NCBI GenBank assembly: GCA_963806855.1
Contig: CAWDYW010000001.1
Coordinates: 512,001-576,000 of the forward strand
Source: an uncultured Verrucomicrobiae bacterium
GTDB taxonomy: Bacteria; Chlamydiota; Chlamydiia; Chlamydiales; Rhabdochlamydiaceae
Direction of reading: 5' to 3'
Length of the DNA stretch: 64,000 nucleotides
A program made the position numbers and the translations under genes. The notes under the pieces were generated by a model, which saw only the letters and a program-made list of their open reading frames with translations, was not told where the DNA came from and did not search any database. Position 1 is the first letter of the stretch. Each line of letters begins with the position of its first letter. This document shows, in pieces, positions 43,206 through 52,549 of the stretch.

Positions 43206-43287
43206 ACCTGTCTCAAAAGTGGAACATCGAGTAGGAAGCGACTTTTGATTTACTTAAATTTCATGAGGAATAAAATGGGATTGAAAT

Positions 43288-44220
43288 ATGCCAAAATTTT
43301 TTTATTTTCTTGCCCTCTGCTTCCCCATTCTCTCCTTTGCTGAGGAGTGCTGTGAATGCAACTTATCCCAAATCGATTTTGAATTCAGCATGGGTTATCG
43401 CGATGATACTTTGCGCTGGGGGGTGAGTTTTTCCGATGGGCTTGATCAGGTAATCTCGAAGGTGAAATGGACTGGCATGGGAATTTTTGAAGTGGCCGGT
43501 CTGATCAAGTATGAATCGGCTTGCCATTTCTATTGCCGAGGCTCTGCAGATTATGGGGCCATTTTTTCTGGAGATAATCGGAATACAGAACTGGTCCGCA
43601 TCGGGGATCAAACTTTTCCCATTGCCAGCTATAAGGCCTCTGGAAGAGGGGGATCGGTCTTCGATTTTTCAGGAGGGCTTGGCTACGCATTCAAATTGTG
43701 TTGTTGTGAAGATAGCCTCTCGATCATTCCTCTAGCGGGTTACAGCTACAATGTTCAGCTATTACATAGCAAGCACTGTAAACAGGAGCTGGAAAGTGAA
43801 GATTTTGACTGCTGCAAGGATGAAGAGACTTTGTCCGGCTTGAAAAGTCGTTACTCTGCCCGCTGGTTTGGACCTTGGATCGGACTCGATCTTTCCTATG
43901 AATTTTGCACCTGGATTCTGCTGGCAACCGCCGAGTATCATTGGGCCTGGTATCGGGGAAAAGCTCATTGGAATTTACGGACTGATTTTATCAAGGATTC
44001 TCGCCACCATTCTTTTGGTCATGGACAAGTTTATACTTTGGAAGGGAAGTATATCTATTCTTGCTGCTGGCAATTTGGCGTGGAATTGGGATACCAGAGG
44101 TTCAAAACTCATGGCGGCGATGCAAAACTCTATTTTGTCAACGAGACTGCAAAATTGCACTTAAAACCTGTTCTTTGGAAATCTTTCAATGTACTTGGCT
44201 GTGTGACTTATATTTATTAA
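43288..44220 (+). CDS. Outer-membrane beta-barrel (Protochlamydia Pom/omptin-like), Cys-rich
   Basis: Signal peptide; GYRDDTLRW, IIPLAGYS, RWFGPWIG and AHWNLRTD; aromatic C-terminus. Confidence 0.75.
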   Translation: MPKFFYFLALCFPILSFAEECCECNLSQIDFEFSMGYRDDTLRWGVSFSDGLDQVISKVKWTGMGIFEVAGLIKYESACHFYCRGSADYGAIFSGDNRNTELVRIGDQTFPIASYKASGRGGSVFDFSGGLGYAFKLCCCEDSLSIIPLAGYSYNVQLLHSKHCKQELESEDFDCCKDEETLSGLKSRYSARWFGPWIGLDLSYEFCTWILLATAEYHWAWYRGKAHWNLRTDFIKDSRHHSFGHGQVYTLEGKYIYSCCWQFGVELGYQRFKTHGGDAKLYFVNETAKLHLKPVLWKSFNVLGCVTYIY

Positions 44221-44230
44221 GAGGGATCTC

Positions 44231-46198
44231 ATGATCGGTTTTCGACAGATTTTTGTGTATTGTATCGTTCCAGTCCTAGCTTTTGGAGGCCGCGTTGATA
44301 AATACAGCATGAAATATTCTTTGACCCCAGTAAGCCCCAAACTGACCATTATTTTTGTCACCGATTCGGTCCCCAAAGGCTCGGTGGATGAAGTGCAAAA
44401 TTTTTTAAATGGCGGGATCAATTTTTTGCGCAACAATGGCCTGAATTACCTCAACGTATTCCACCCTTACGGAAACTGCTCCTCATCGCAAGGTTACGCC
44501 GGCATGACCACAGGCACTTTCCCCAGCTACACTGGAATTACCAATAATTCTTGGATCGATGTCGATGGAGTTTCATTCAAAGGTTCTGCTCAAGATAACA
44601 ACTTAAATGGGACGGCTGCCTATGATCCTACCAATGGCAAGCGCTACTGGCTGGATCCAGGAGAAACACCGGCAGATAATCCTGCAATTGGGACCTATTA
44701 TAGCGCTGGACCGATGGTGCCCCCCACTTTTATCCCTACGGGAACAGGGGTTTCTCCCAATAATTACATCGTCGACAATTTGTCAGATCAGCTGATGCTA
44801 TTTAGCAACAGTCAACTGAACACAACCGTCTATTCTATTTCAACCGATCCCACGACAGCCACCCTCTTGGCAGGAAGACTGGGCAAGGCTATCTGGAGAG
44901 ATGAAGTGAGCGGACTCTTCAGCACGAGCCAATATTATTTCCCAAGCGGCATTCCCGATTGGGTCAATCAATTTAATGCAGCAAATCCGGTTCCTCCAAC
45001 GATTGTCTGGAATCCTGTTTATCCCGAGGGCAGTGCCGCCTATAATTTCCCCGGCGCTCAAAATTATTCAGGAAGCGCCATCCCAGAACTATCTGCAATT
45101 GTTGGGGTGCCTCTTCCCTCCGGCACCTTCTTTAATCAAACTATCCCCTCGACCCTCCCCTCTTTCGGCGCGGGGATCTATATTTTTTCACCACCGGGGA
45201 TTGAGGTTTTTTTCAATTTTATGCAAACCGCAATCAACCAGCTCCTTAGCGATGATCCTAACTCCCGTCTGGTCTTATGGGTCAATATCGCTTCATTCGA
45301 TATTCTCGGATATTATATGGGGACCCAGGTGCAAGAATCGATCGATATTATTTATCAGCTCGATCAGGGGTTGGGAAAATTGATTAAGTTTGTCGAAAAG
45401 AAACTGCCCCTTTCCGAATGCCTATTTGTGCTGCTCAATGATGAAGGGAAATATCCCAGTGTTCCAGAAGTGCTGCAGAGCCAAGGTTATAATTTGCCGA
45501 TGAGAACGAAAGTCGGCTTTCCGATCACCTCGCCTCCTCCCTTTTCCCAACAGCCCACCGACCTCATCGCTCGCCTCAATCAGGACCTGATAACCAATTT
45601 GCCCCCTCCTCTTAATCTGCCATGGGTCTACGCCATCATTCCCCCCTTCATCTATATGAATGCTCCCAATCCAGCGCTCGGGCTTGCTTTGCCCAATTTC
45701 TATTCTCTAAGCGACGCCAATCGCACAACCGTCATCAATGAAGTGATCCGGTTTATGCTTTTGCAGCCAGGGATCAAAAATGCTTGGGCCTTTTCCACAT
45801 TGCAGAGCTTTCCTTTTGAGCGGGAAGACCAGGGCCGTTTTTTCAAACTCCATCTTTTTCAAGATATGCCTCCGATCAACATTGGACTTCCGACTCAAAA
45901 TACAATGAGAAGGAGCGGGGAAGTGATCTTCCAATCGACCGCCTTCAACTATGTGACCTCTGGCGATCCCGGCAGTCCATTCCCAAACAAAGGAGTCGAT
46001 CACACCTCCGCCTATGATTACGATTCCCATTCCAGCCTCTATCTATTTCAAGCAGGGCGGTTTCAAGGCAAAACGATTACAGATTCAGCATTGATCCAGC
46101 AGCTGCCGATCAGCCTATCTGAAATCCTACAGGTGCCTAGGCCCTCCGCTGCCTCGGCCGACATTAAGCCGCTCCCACATCTGAACCCATCCAAATAA
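44231..46198 (+). CDS. Alkaline phosphatase superfamily (PafA/PhoK-like) protein with an altered active site
   Basis: PKLTIIFVTD, MTTGTFPSYTGITNNSW, FSTSQYY...PDWVNQFN, RSGEV and HTSAYDYDSH. Confidence 0.7.
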   Translation: MIGFRQIFVYCIVPVLAFGGRVDKYSMKYSLTPVSPKLTIIFVTDSVPKGSVDEVQNFLNGGINFLRNNGLNYLNVFHPYGNCSSSQGYAGMTTGTFPSYTGITNNSWIDVDGVSFKGSAQDNNLNGTAAYDPTNGKRYWLDPGETPADNPAIGTYYSAGPMVPPTFIPTGTGVSPNNYIVDNLSDQLMLFSNSQLNTTVYSISTDPTTATLLAGRLGKAIWRDEVSGLFSTSQYYFPSGIPDWVNQFNAANPVPPTIVWNPVYPEGSAAYNFPGAQNYSGSAIPELSAIVGVPLPSGTFFNQTIPSTLPSFGAGIYIFSPPGIEVFFNFMQTAINQLLSDDPNSRLVLWVNIASFDILGYYMGTQVQESIDIIYQLDQGLGKLIKFVEKKLPLSECLFVLLNDEGKYPSVPEVLQSQGYNLPMRTKVGFPITSPPPFSQQPTDLIARLNQDLITNLPPPLNLPWVYAIIPPFIYMNAPNPALGLALPNFYSLSDANRTTVINEVIRFMLLQPGIKNAWAFSTLQSFPFEREDQGRFFKLHLFQDMPPINIGLPTQNTMRRSGEVIFQSTAFNYVTSGDPGSPFPNKGVDHTSAYDYDSHSSLYLFQAGRFQGKTITDSALIQQLPISLSEILQVPRPSAASADIKPLPHLNPSK

Positions 46199-46248
46199 AA
46201 GCTTATCAGCCGATTATTGGACCTCTTGCATGGGCCTTTGGAAATTCG

Positions 46249-47013
46249 TTAAAACCCTATCCCAAGCTTCAGCTGGATCAGGTTAGAAAAATAGCCAGAG
46301 CCGGCCTCTCCGTCGTAACTGAGCATGGCAAAGGAGCCGCAGGGGTTTTCAAAGCGCAGAGAAATCCCCCAGGTGCCTAAGTTCTGGTTGTGAAAGGAGT
46401 CCAGATGAAAGGGGGCTTTGTTGATGTATCCGCCAACCCCACTTAATTTCAATGTGCCGCTGCAAATCTCCCAGCATTGGAAGGCGCGCAAGGCCAATTC
46501 GTTGCGGAGCATAGAGGAGGTGTGATGGGAGGGGGCCCAGTTGATGGCCCAATCGAAGGTGGCAAACGGCTCAAAATGGGCAAACTCCATCCCAAATTTT
46601 AAATGAGGCATCAGCAGATCAGTATGGAAGGTGGTCTCGTCGCTGCGGACCCGGGTGTAGGCGTAGAGGAGCTCGCCTTCTGCAAAAAAGGGGCAAGCAT
46701 CGACTCGGGCATAGGGGGTGAGCGCGATGGAGACGATCCGCCCGCGGCCCCTGTGATGAAAGTGGTCTCTAGAATAGAAAGCGGCAAGTCCTAAGGTCCA
46801 ATCTCCACAACACTCGGCAATCCCCATCGATAACCCCTGAGTGTGGAAGTCTAGCTCATCTTGGGAGGCGATATTGGCGAAGAGATCGAGATAGAGTCCC
46901 TCCTCGATTGAAATTTGACTAAACGTAAAGGCGTTTTGATCGATAATAAAAATCGAGGTGGATCCATAGAGGGGCAGAGAGCAAAGGGTTGCAAGCAATA
47001 GTCTGCTATTCAC
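46249..47013 (-). CDS. Short stand-alone autotransporter-like beta-barrel
   Basis: Signal peptide, EPFATFDW, SSMLRNELAL and YDGEAGSGYFSNLIQLKLGIGF; overlaps the htpG stop. Confidence 0.6.
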   Translation of the reverse strand: MNSRLLLATLCSLPLYGSTSIFIIDQNAFTFSQISIEEGLYLDLFANIASQDELDFHTQGLSMGIAECCGDWTLGLAAFYSRDHFHHRGRGRIVSIALTPYARVDACPFFAEGELLYAYTRVRSDETTFHTDLLMPHLKFGMEFAHFEPFATFDWAINWAPSHHTSSMLRNELALRAFQCWEICSGTLKLSGVGGYINKAPFHLDSFHNQNLGTWGISLRFENPCGSFAMLSYDGEAGSGYFSNLIQLKLGIGF

Positions 47014-48790
47014 TGAGCAATTTCTCGAGCACCTTGCTGCTTCTTTCGATAAACCCGGGGAGTTCTTTGGGCGGAAGCTCTTTTTGCGAAAGCTGTGCCA
47101 GTTGATACAGATGCATCAGAATCTCCTTGGCCACCTCTTTATTTTTGTGGTTTGTCACGGCGCTGATCAGCGGGCTATTGGTGTTGACGACGAAGGTTTT
47201 TTTGTTCAGCAGCCCGGGAGGCATGTCGCGGCTCGATAAGCTTAAGGTTTCGCGCAAGCGGCGGGTCTCTTCATCGACCATGATGAAGGCGGGCAAGCTA
47301 TTTGTGGCGAGGCTTTTGGCTTCCACATCGAGGTCCTCGATCGAGAGGGCCTCCTTGACAAATTCAGCAATGCGGGTCGATTCGGTTTTCCCTTCGGTGT
47401 CGAGGAGGGTTTTCTCTTTGGTTTTGTCGAGGATGCTTGAGTCGAGACCGCCGTCGATCCGCTGAAATTTCGCAGGGGCAAGCTTCATTTCGAGGAAATT
47501 CATCAGCGGGGTATCGATCGGCCCTTTGGCGATCAGCACTTCGATTTTTTTCTCTTTATAAAGATTGAGGAAGTGCGAATCAGAATCTTGCGTATAGAAG
47601 ATCTTCTCAGGATGCCTTTCTAAGTACTCGGGCAAGGTGGTCCACTCGCCATCGAGATTTTTCCAGATGAGGAACTCTTTGACCCGCTCGTAAAATTTCT
47701 CATCGTGCATGACGCCAAGTTTGATGATGATCTCGATGTTTTCCCACTGCTCGGTGAAGGCCTTTCGATCGTTTTTATAGATGGCGGCGAGCCGATCGGC
47801 CACTTTCTTGGAGATATGGGTCGAGAGGGAGCGGACCGTTTTGTCCATCTGGAGATAGCTTCGGGAGACGTTGAGAGGAATATCGGGGCTGTCGATAGCG
47901 CCGCGCAGGACGGTCAGATACTCGGGAATGAGGTCTTGGCAGTTGTCGGAGACAAAGACCCGATTGCAGAACAACTTGATGTGGTTCTTTTGGAAGTCGA
48001 AGCGCTGATCGATTTTGGGGAAGTAGAGGATCCCTTTGAGGTGGAAGGGGTAATCGACATTGAGGTGGACCCAAAAAATCGGATCGGGCTCAAAGGGGTG
48101 GAGCTGATGGTAGAATTCGATATACTCTTCGTCGGTGCAGTCAGCGGCCGGTTTTAGCCAGAGTGGCTCTTTGTGGTTGATGTGCTCTCCGTTGAGATAG
48201 ATGGGGAAGGGGAGGAAAGTGCAATACCGATTGAGGATCTCCAGAATGCGGCTCTTCTCTAGAAACTCCTCCTCTTCGATAAAGAGGATAATCTGCGTGC
48301 CCCGCTCTGCGCGCGACCCTTTCTCGATGGTGTAGTTGACCGATCCATCACAGGACCAAAAGGCTGGCTCATCGCTTGGACGGTAGGAGCGTGTTTGAAT
48401 CTCCACTTTCGAAGCAACCATGTAGGCCGAATAAAAGCCGAGACCGAAATGGCCGATTACCTGGTCGTTACCCTGATACTTACTCAAGAAATCTTCGGCC
48501 CCTGAAAAAGCGAGCTGCGCAATGTATTTCTCCACCTCTTCAGCGCTCATGCCGATCCCAGTATCTGTGATGGTGAGGGTCTTTTGCTCTTTGTCGAGTG
48601 TCAGGTCGATCCGGAGCTCCTCGTCTTTGAAGTCGGTCTCTTTTTGTTCCCGAAGGATCCTCAGCTTGGAGAGGGCGTCGCAAGAGTTTGAGACCAATTC
48701 TCTTAAAAAAATGTCCTTATCTGAATAGAGCCATTTTTTAATGATGGGCAGCAGCTTTTCTGTATTGATCGTTAAAGTTCCTTGAGCCAT
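47006..48790 (-). CDS. htpG: Chaperone HtpG (Hsp90)
   Basis: Motifs IFLRELVSNSCDA, DTGIGM, IGHFGLGFYSAYM and IPLNVSRSYLQ. Confidence 0.95.
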   Translation of the reverse strand: MAQGTLTINTEKLLPIIKKWLYSDKDIFLRELVSNSCDALSKLRILREQKETDFKDEELRIDLTLDKEQKTLTITDTGIGMSAEEVEKYIAQLAFSGAEDFLSKYQGNDQVIGHFGLGFYSAYMVASKVEIQTRSYRPSDEPAFWSCDGSVNYTIEKGSRAERGTQIILFIEEEEFLEKSRILEILNRYCTFLPFPIYLNGEHINHKEPLWLKPAADCTDEEYIEFYHQLHPFEPDPIFWVHLNVDYPFHLKGILYFPKIDQRFDFQKNHIKLFCNRVFVSDNCQDLIPEYLTVLRGAIDSPDIPLNVSRSYLQMDKTVRSLSTHISKKVADRLAAIYKNDRKAFTEQWENIEIIIKLGVMHDEKFYERVKEFLIWKNLDGEWTTLPEYLERHPEKIFYTQDSDSHFLNLYKEKKIEVLIAKGPIDTPLMNFLEMKLAPAKFQRIDGGLDSSILDKTKEKTLLDTEGKTESTRIAEFVKEALSIEDLDVEAKSLATNSLPAFIMVDEETRRLRETLSLSSRDMPPGLLNKKTFVVNTNSPLISAVTNHKNKEVAKEILMHLYQLAQLSQKELPPKELPGFIERSSKVLEKLLSE

Positions 48791-48806
48791 TAGAGTTCTC
48801 CTTGAT

Positions 48807-48848
48807 TAAAACTACTATAACAGAAAATTGGATAGTCGGCTAGGCTGC
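48807..48848 (+). repeat. 42-bp direct repeat, copy 1
   Basis: TAAAACTACTATAACAGAAAATTGGATAGTCGGCTAGGCTGC; 41/42 identical to 49998-50039. Confidence 0.9.
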
Positions 48849-48996
48849 CTTGGCTCACAATGCTAAACTAAACCCGACGGCCTTATTAAATTAACTCGTT
48901 AATATTAATTATGTTATAAATATGTAATTATTTCTATTTACTTACTAAGAAATAATTTGCATAATAAAAATAAGGGAGATTAGTTTAGGTAATATC

Positions 48997-49362
48997 ATGA
49001 TGATGGAAATAATTATCGGAGTAATTGCTTTAGCTTTCGTCGTCCTCGTCGTATTCCTAGTTCGAAGCTTAACTGGTCTTTCTAAAACTCTAAAAAAAGT
49101 CGATCGATTACTCGGAGATCTTCATAAAACTTTAGAAAGTGTCACTGAAGAAAGTACTCATTTATTGCACAATACCAATAAATTAGTTCTTGATGTGAAG
49201 AGAAAATCGGAAGGGTTGGATGTTCTCTTTCACCCACTCTATGAAATGAAAAAAGAGCCTGCGCCCGAAAAAAAAAACACTTATGAAAAAGCCTCCAGAA
49301 TCATTGATCATGTTGCAGATGGGCTTAGATTATTCAGTAAAATAAGGGAAGATTTTAAATAG
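48997..49362 (+). CDS. DUF948 (YtxG/YoxC-like) membrane-anchored protein
   Basis: IALAFVVLVVFL followed by the coiled coil KTLKKVD...LLHNTNKLVLDVKRK. Confidence 0.75.
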   Translation: MMMEIIIGVIALAFVVLVVFLVRSLTGLSKTLKKVDRLLGDLHKTLESVTEESTHLLHNTNKLVLDVKRKSEGLDVLFHPLYEMKKEPAPEKKNTYEKASRIIDHVADGLRLFSKIREDFK

Positions 49363-49363
49363 T

Positions 49364-49660
49364 ATGACAGCTAAAAAAAATAGTTTTGATTCCAATATTG
49401 TTACCGGTGCAATTATCGGAGGTATAATTGGAGTAAGTGCACTAGCCATTTATATAGCAACGCGCAGTAACAGAACACCCTTGAATAGGCTTGGGGAAAC
49501 CATTTCTCGTGTAGGGGAAATGTTAGATGAACATGAGATTCGACAGCCAGCTGCTTTGAAAGTCGTCGATAAACAAATTCGTAAAAATGAAGATACAATT
49601 TCAGAGGTCTTAGACTGGGTAGCTATTGGAATAGACTTGTGGAAAAAATTTAAAAAATAA
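49364..49660 (+). CDS. YtxH-like small protein
   Basis: Gly-zipper segment GAIIGGIIGVSALAI followed by a helical domain. Confidence 0.6.
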   Translation: MTAKKNSFDSNIVTGAIIGGIIGVSALAIYIATRSNRTPLNRLGETISRVGEMLDEHEIRQPAALKVVDKQIRKNEDTISEVLDWVAIGIDLWKKFKK

Positions 49661-49677
49661 ACTCCAGAGGAGATAAT

Positions 49678-49983
49678 ATGTTTACAATTAAAAAACACAA
49701 CTATGCTGACATCATTGAAGGCATGATCATTGGTGGTTCGATTGCTGCAATGACCACTTATATGTTTGGGACAAAAAAAGGAAAAAAACTTCAAAAGGAT
49801 TTCATCGAAAAAGTCGAGCAATTACGTGCTAATGCAAAAAGAGAAGTCGGCAAAACTAAAGTTCGTAAAGCTAAACGTAAAATTAAAAAGGCAGCAGCAA
49901 GCAAAGTCAAAACTCTCCGAAGAAAAGCTACCAAAAAAATAGCCAGAAAAATTGGATCAACGCGACGTAAAGCTGCTCGTTAA
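49678..49983 (+). CDS. YtxH-domain protein with a Lys/Arg-rich histone-like tail
   Basis: GMIIGGSIAAMTTYMFGTKKGKKLQKD followed by KVRKAKRKIKKAAA...RRKAAR. Confidence 0.7.
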   Translation: MFTIKKHNYADIIEGMIIGGSIAAMTTYMFGTKKGKKLQKDFIEKVEQLRANAKREVGKTKVRKAKRKIKKAAASKVKTLRRKATKKIARKIGSTRRKAAR

Positions 49984-49997
49984 GGTTCTTTGAGCTA

Positions 49998-50039
49998 TAA
50001 AACTACTATAACTGAAAATTGGATAGTCGGCTAGGCTGC
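49998..50039 (+). repeat. 42-bp direct repeat, copy 2
   Basis: TAAAACTACTATAACTGAAAATTGGATAGTCGGCTAGGCTGC, ending 4 nt before the nadE ATG. Confidence 0.9.
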
Positions 50040-50043
50040 AAAT

Positions 50044-51675
50044 ATGAAGATATGCATGGCGCAGCTCAATCCCACGATAGGGGATCTTGAGGGGAATTTA
50101 AAAAAAATTTTAAATGCGATTAAAAAGGCTAAGCGGCAAAAGGCCGATATTATCCTTTTTCCTGAGCTGACAATCTGCGGCTATTTGCCTGCCGATCTCC
50201 TCTTGCATGACGACTTTGTCAAGGCGACCCAGGAGTGTCTCAATCCGATCATCCAGGCCTCGGCGGGGATCTGCGTCGTGGTGGGGCTCATGCGGCGCAA
50301 TCCCGGCAAAGGGAAAGCCCTCTTCAACAGCGCGGCGATCATCTGCGATGGGCAAGTGCTCGGCTATCACAATAAATGTCTCCTCCCCACCTACAATGTC
50401 TTCGACGAGCGGCGCTATTTTGAGCCTGGTAAGCTGGTCAGCACCTTTGAAATCAAGGGGAAGAAAATCGCGGTGATCATCTGCGAAGATATTTGGCAAC
50501 ATTCTGGGTATGTTGAACATGACTACGGGTATGACCCTGTGATCGATTTAGTGAGCCATCAACCCGACATTCTTCTCAATCTCTCTGCCTCTCCCTATCA
50601 ATTCGATAAACCGGATGTCAGGATCGAGGTATGTGCGAATGCGGCCAGAACGCTTAACTGCCCTGTTCTATTGTGTTGTCAGGTCGGTGGCGACGATGAC
50701 CTGATTTTCGACGGATACAGCGTCTGTGTCGACCAGCATGGCCATCTGCGTCAGCTTGGAAAGGGATTTGCTGAAGATCATATGTTGGTCGATCTCAATG
50801 CGCCTCTGTGCAATGTGCCGTTTCACTACCATCCAACGGAAGATTTGTATAAGGCGCTGGTTTTGGGAGTGCACGACTATTTTGCCAAGCAGGGGTTTAA
50901 GAAAGCGCTCATCGGTCTCTCTGGAGGGATCGATTCGGCCTTAGTTGCCTGCATTGCCAAGGATGCCTTAGGAGCTGAAAATGTGCTCGGGATCACGATG
51001 CCCTCCCGTTACAGCTCTGAGAGCAGTGTCGAAGATGCGAGAAAACTGGCTGAGAATTTGGGGATTGGATTCAAGCAGATCTCTATCGAGGGCCCCTTTG
51101 AAGATTATCTGAAACTGCTTGAGCCTCTTTTTGAGGGCAAGGGGGCAGATGTCACCGAAGAAAACCTCCAATCCCGTATTCGGGGGATGATCTTGATGGC
51201 GATTTCGAATAAGCTCGGGTTTATTGTCCTCAATACGGGCAATAAGAGTGAGTTAGGGGTGGGGTATTGCACCCTTTATGGCGATATGTGCGGCGGACTT
51301 GGGGTGATCTCCGATCTGCTGAAATCCCAAGTCTATGAGATCTCCCGCTGGGTTAATCGGAAGAAGGAGATTATTCCCCAATCGACGATCGATAAGGACC
51401 CCTCAGCCGAGCTGCGCCCTAATCAAAAGGACACCGATTCTCTCCCTGAATACGACATCATCGACAAGGTGATGATCGGCTATGTTGAAGATCACCTCTC
51501 GGCCGCGGAAATTGCAAAGAAGTATCAGATTCCCAAAAAGGTAGTCGAGGATTTAGTGCGGCGGATTCATGGGGCAGAATATAAACGGCGTCAGGCGCCT
51601 CCTGGCATCCGGGTGAGCAAACGGGCCTTTAGCGTCGGGCGCCGCTTCCCAATTGTGCATTACTGGAAGTCATAA
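50044..51675 (+). CDS. nadE: Glutamine-dependent NAD+ synthetase
   Basis: Nitrilase domain (FPEL, ICEDIW) plus GLSGGIDS, TGNKSE and PSAELRPNQKD. Confidence 0.95.
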   Translation: MKICMAQLNPTIGDLEGNLKKILNAIKKAKRQKADIILFPELTICGYLPADLLLHDDFVKATQECLNPIIQASAGICVVVGLMRRNPGKGKALFNSAAIICDGQVLGYHNKCLLPTYNVFDERRYFEPGKLVSTFEIKGKKIAVIICEDIWQHSGYVEHDYGYDPVIDLVSHQPDILLNLSASPYQFDKPDVRIEVCANAARTLNCPVLLCCQVGGDDDLIFDGYSVCVDQHGHLRQLGKGFAEDHMLVDLNAPLCNVPFHYHPTEDLYKALVLGVHDYFAKQGFKKALIGLSGGIDSALVACIAKDALGAENVLGITMPSRYSSESSVEDARKLAENLGIGFKQISIEGPFEDYLKLLEPLFEGKGADVTEENLQSRIRGMILMAISNKLGFIVLNTGNKSELGVGYCTLYGDMCGGLGVISDLLKSQVYEISRWVNRKKEIIPQSTIDKDPSAELRPNQKDTDSLPEYDIIDKVMIGYVEDHLSAAEIAKKYQIPKKVVEDLVRRIHGAEYKRRQAPPGIRVSKRAFSVGRRFPIVHYWKS

Positions 51676-52549
51676 GTAACATAAGTCGGTCAAAACCTAC
51701 CGCAACCCCGCATGACTGGGGGAGATAGTAGAGGGAGGCGATGAAATCTTCATCGATCGGCAGACTCTCTTTGCCAAGGGAAATCCGCTTAGCATTTTCC
51801 TCTTCAAGCCGGATCCGCTGTTCAATTGGATCGGTCAATTCATCAAATCCATTAGCCAGTTCAATTCCATTGTAGTAGACCTCGAACCGGTGGCCAACCT
51901 TGACTCCATCGACGACGATCGCTTTTGCCAGAGAGGCTTGCGAGGCGGGGTAGTCGGTGATCACGGTGAGGCGCCCTTGGCCAAGATGTGGTTCAACGAG
52001 ATGAGAAAAGAGGAGGCTCAATTGGGTATCTCGATCCCACTCGATGGCTGATTTGGAAAAGGGGAGGAGATGGGGGGCTAAATCGTCATGGATGTAGTCA
52101 ATTTGAGCTATTCGAAGAAAAGCTTGCCGGTAGGAGAGGATCTCAGAGGAGAGATCAGGGAGGAAAAGTCTAATAAAGTTAAGCGTCTCCTCAATAAAGG
52201 GCTCATAGGCCATCCCAACTCTGTACCACTCGGCCATGGTGAATTCAGGGGAGTGGCGGGGACCCTCTTCGCCTGCACGGTAGACGTGGCCCAGTTGATA
52301 GATGTCGCCGCTGCCTTGAGCGAGTAATTTTTTTAATTCATATTCGGGAGAGGTGTGGAGATAGCCAATTTTGCCTCCTCCCATTTCGACCCGCATCACA
52401 TCGATGTAGGCGTCGATCGGTGCCGCAGGACGCAAAAGGTCGGTATCCACTTCGAGGATCTTACGATCTGCAAAAAATTGACGAGCGGCAGCAAACATGG
52501 CCGCCCGCTGCTCGATTGTCCCTTTATTAGAGGCGAGAAACGTATTCAC
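51629..52549 (-). CDS. epmA: EF-P lysine-(R)-beta-lysine ligase
   Basis: Motifs LHTSPEYELKKLL, HSPEFTMAEWY, ELANGFDEL and GVAVGFDRL; adjacent to efp. Confidence 0.9.
   Translation of the reverse strand: MNTFLASNKGTIEQRAAMFAAARQFFADRKILEVDTDLLRPAAPIDAYIDVMRVEMGGGKIGYLHTSPEYELKKLLAQGSGDIYQLGHVYRAGEEGPRHSPEFTMAEWYRVGMAYEPFIEETLNFIRLFLPDLSSEILSYRQAFLRIAQIDYIHDDLAPHLLPFSKSAIEWDRDTQLSLLFSHLVEPHLGQGRLTVITDYPASQASLAKAIVVDGVKVGHRFEVYYNGIELANGFDELTDPIEQRIRLEEENAKRISLGKESLPIDEDFIASLYYLPQSCGVAVGFDRLMLLMTSSNAQLGSGARR

Noticed and set aside
48791..48996. CIRCE operator upstream of htpG
   Set aside because: No TTAGCACTC-N9-GAGTGCTAA-like inverted repeat seen.
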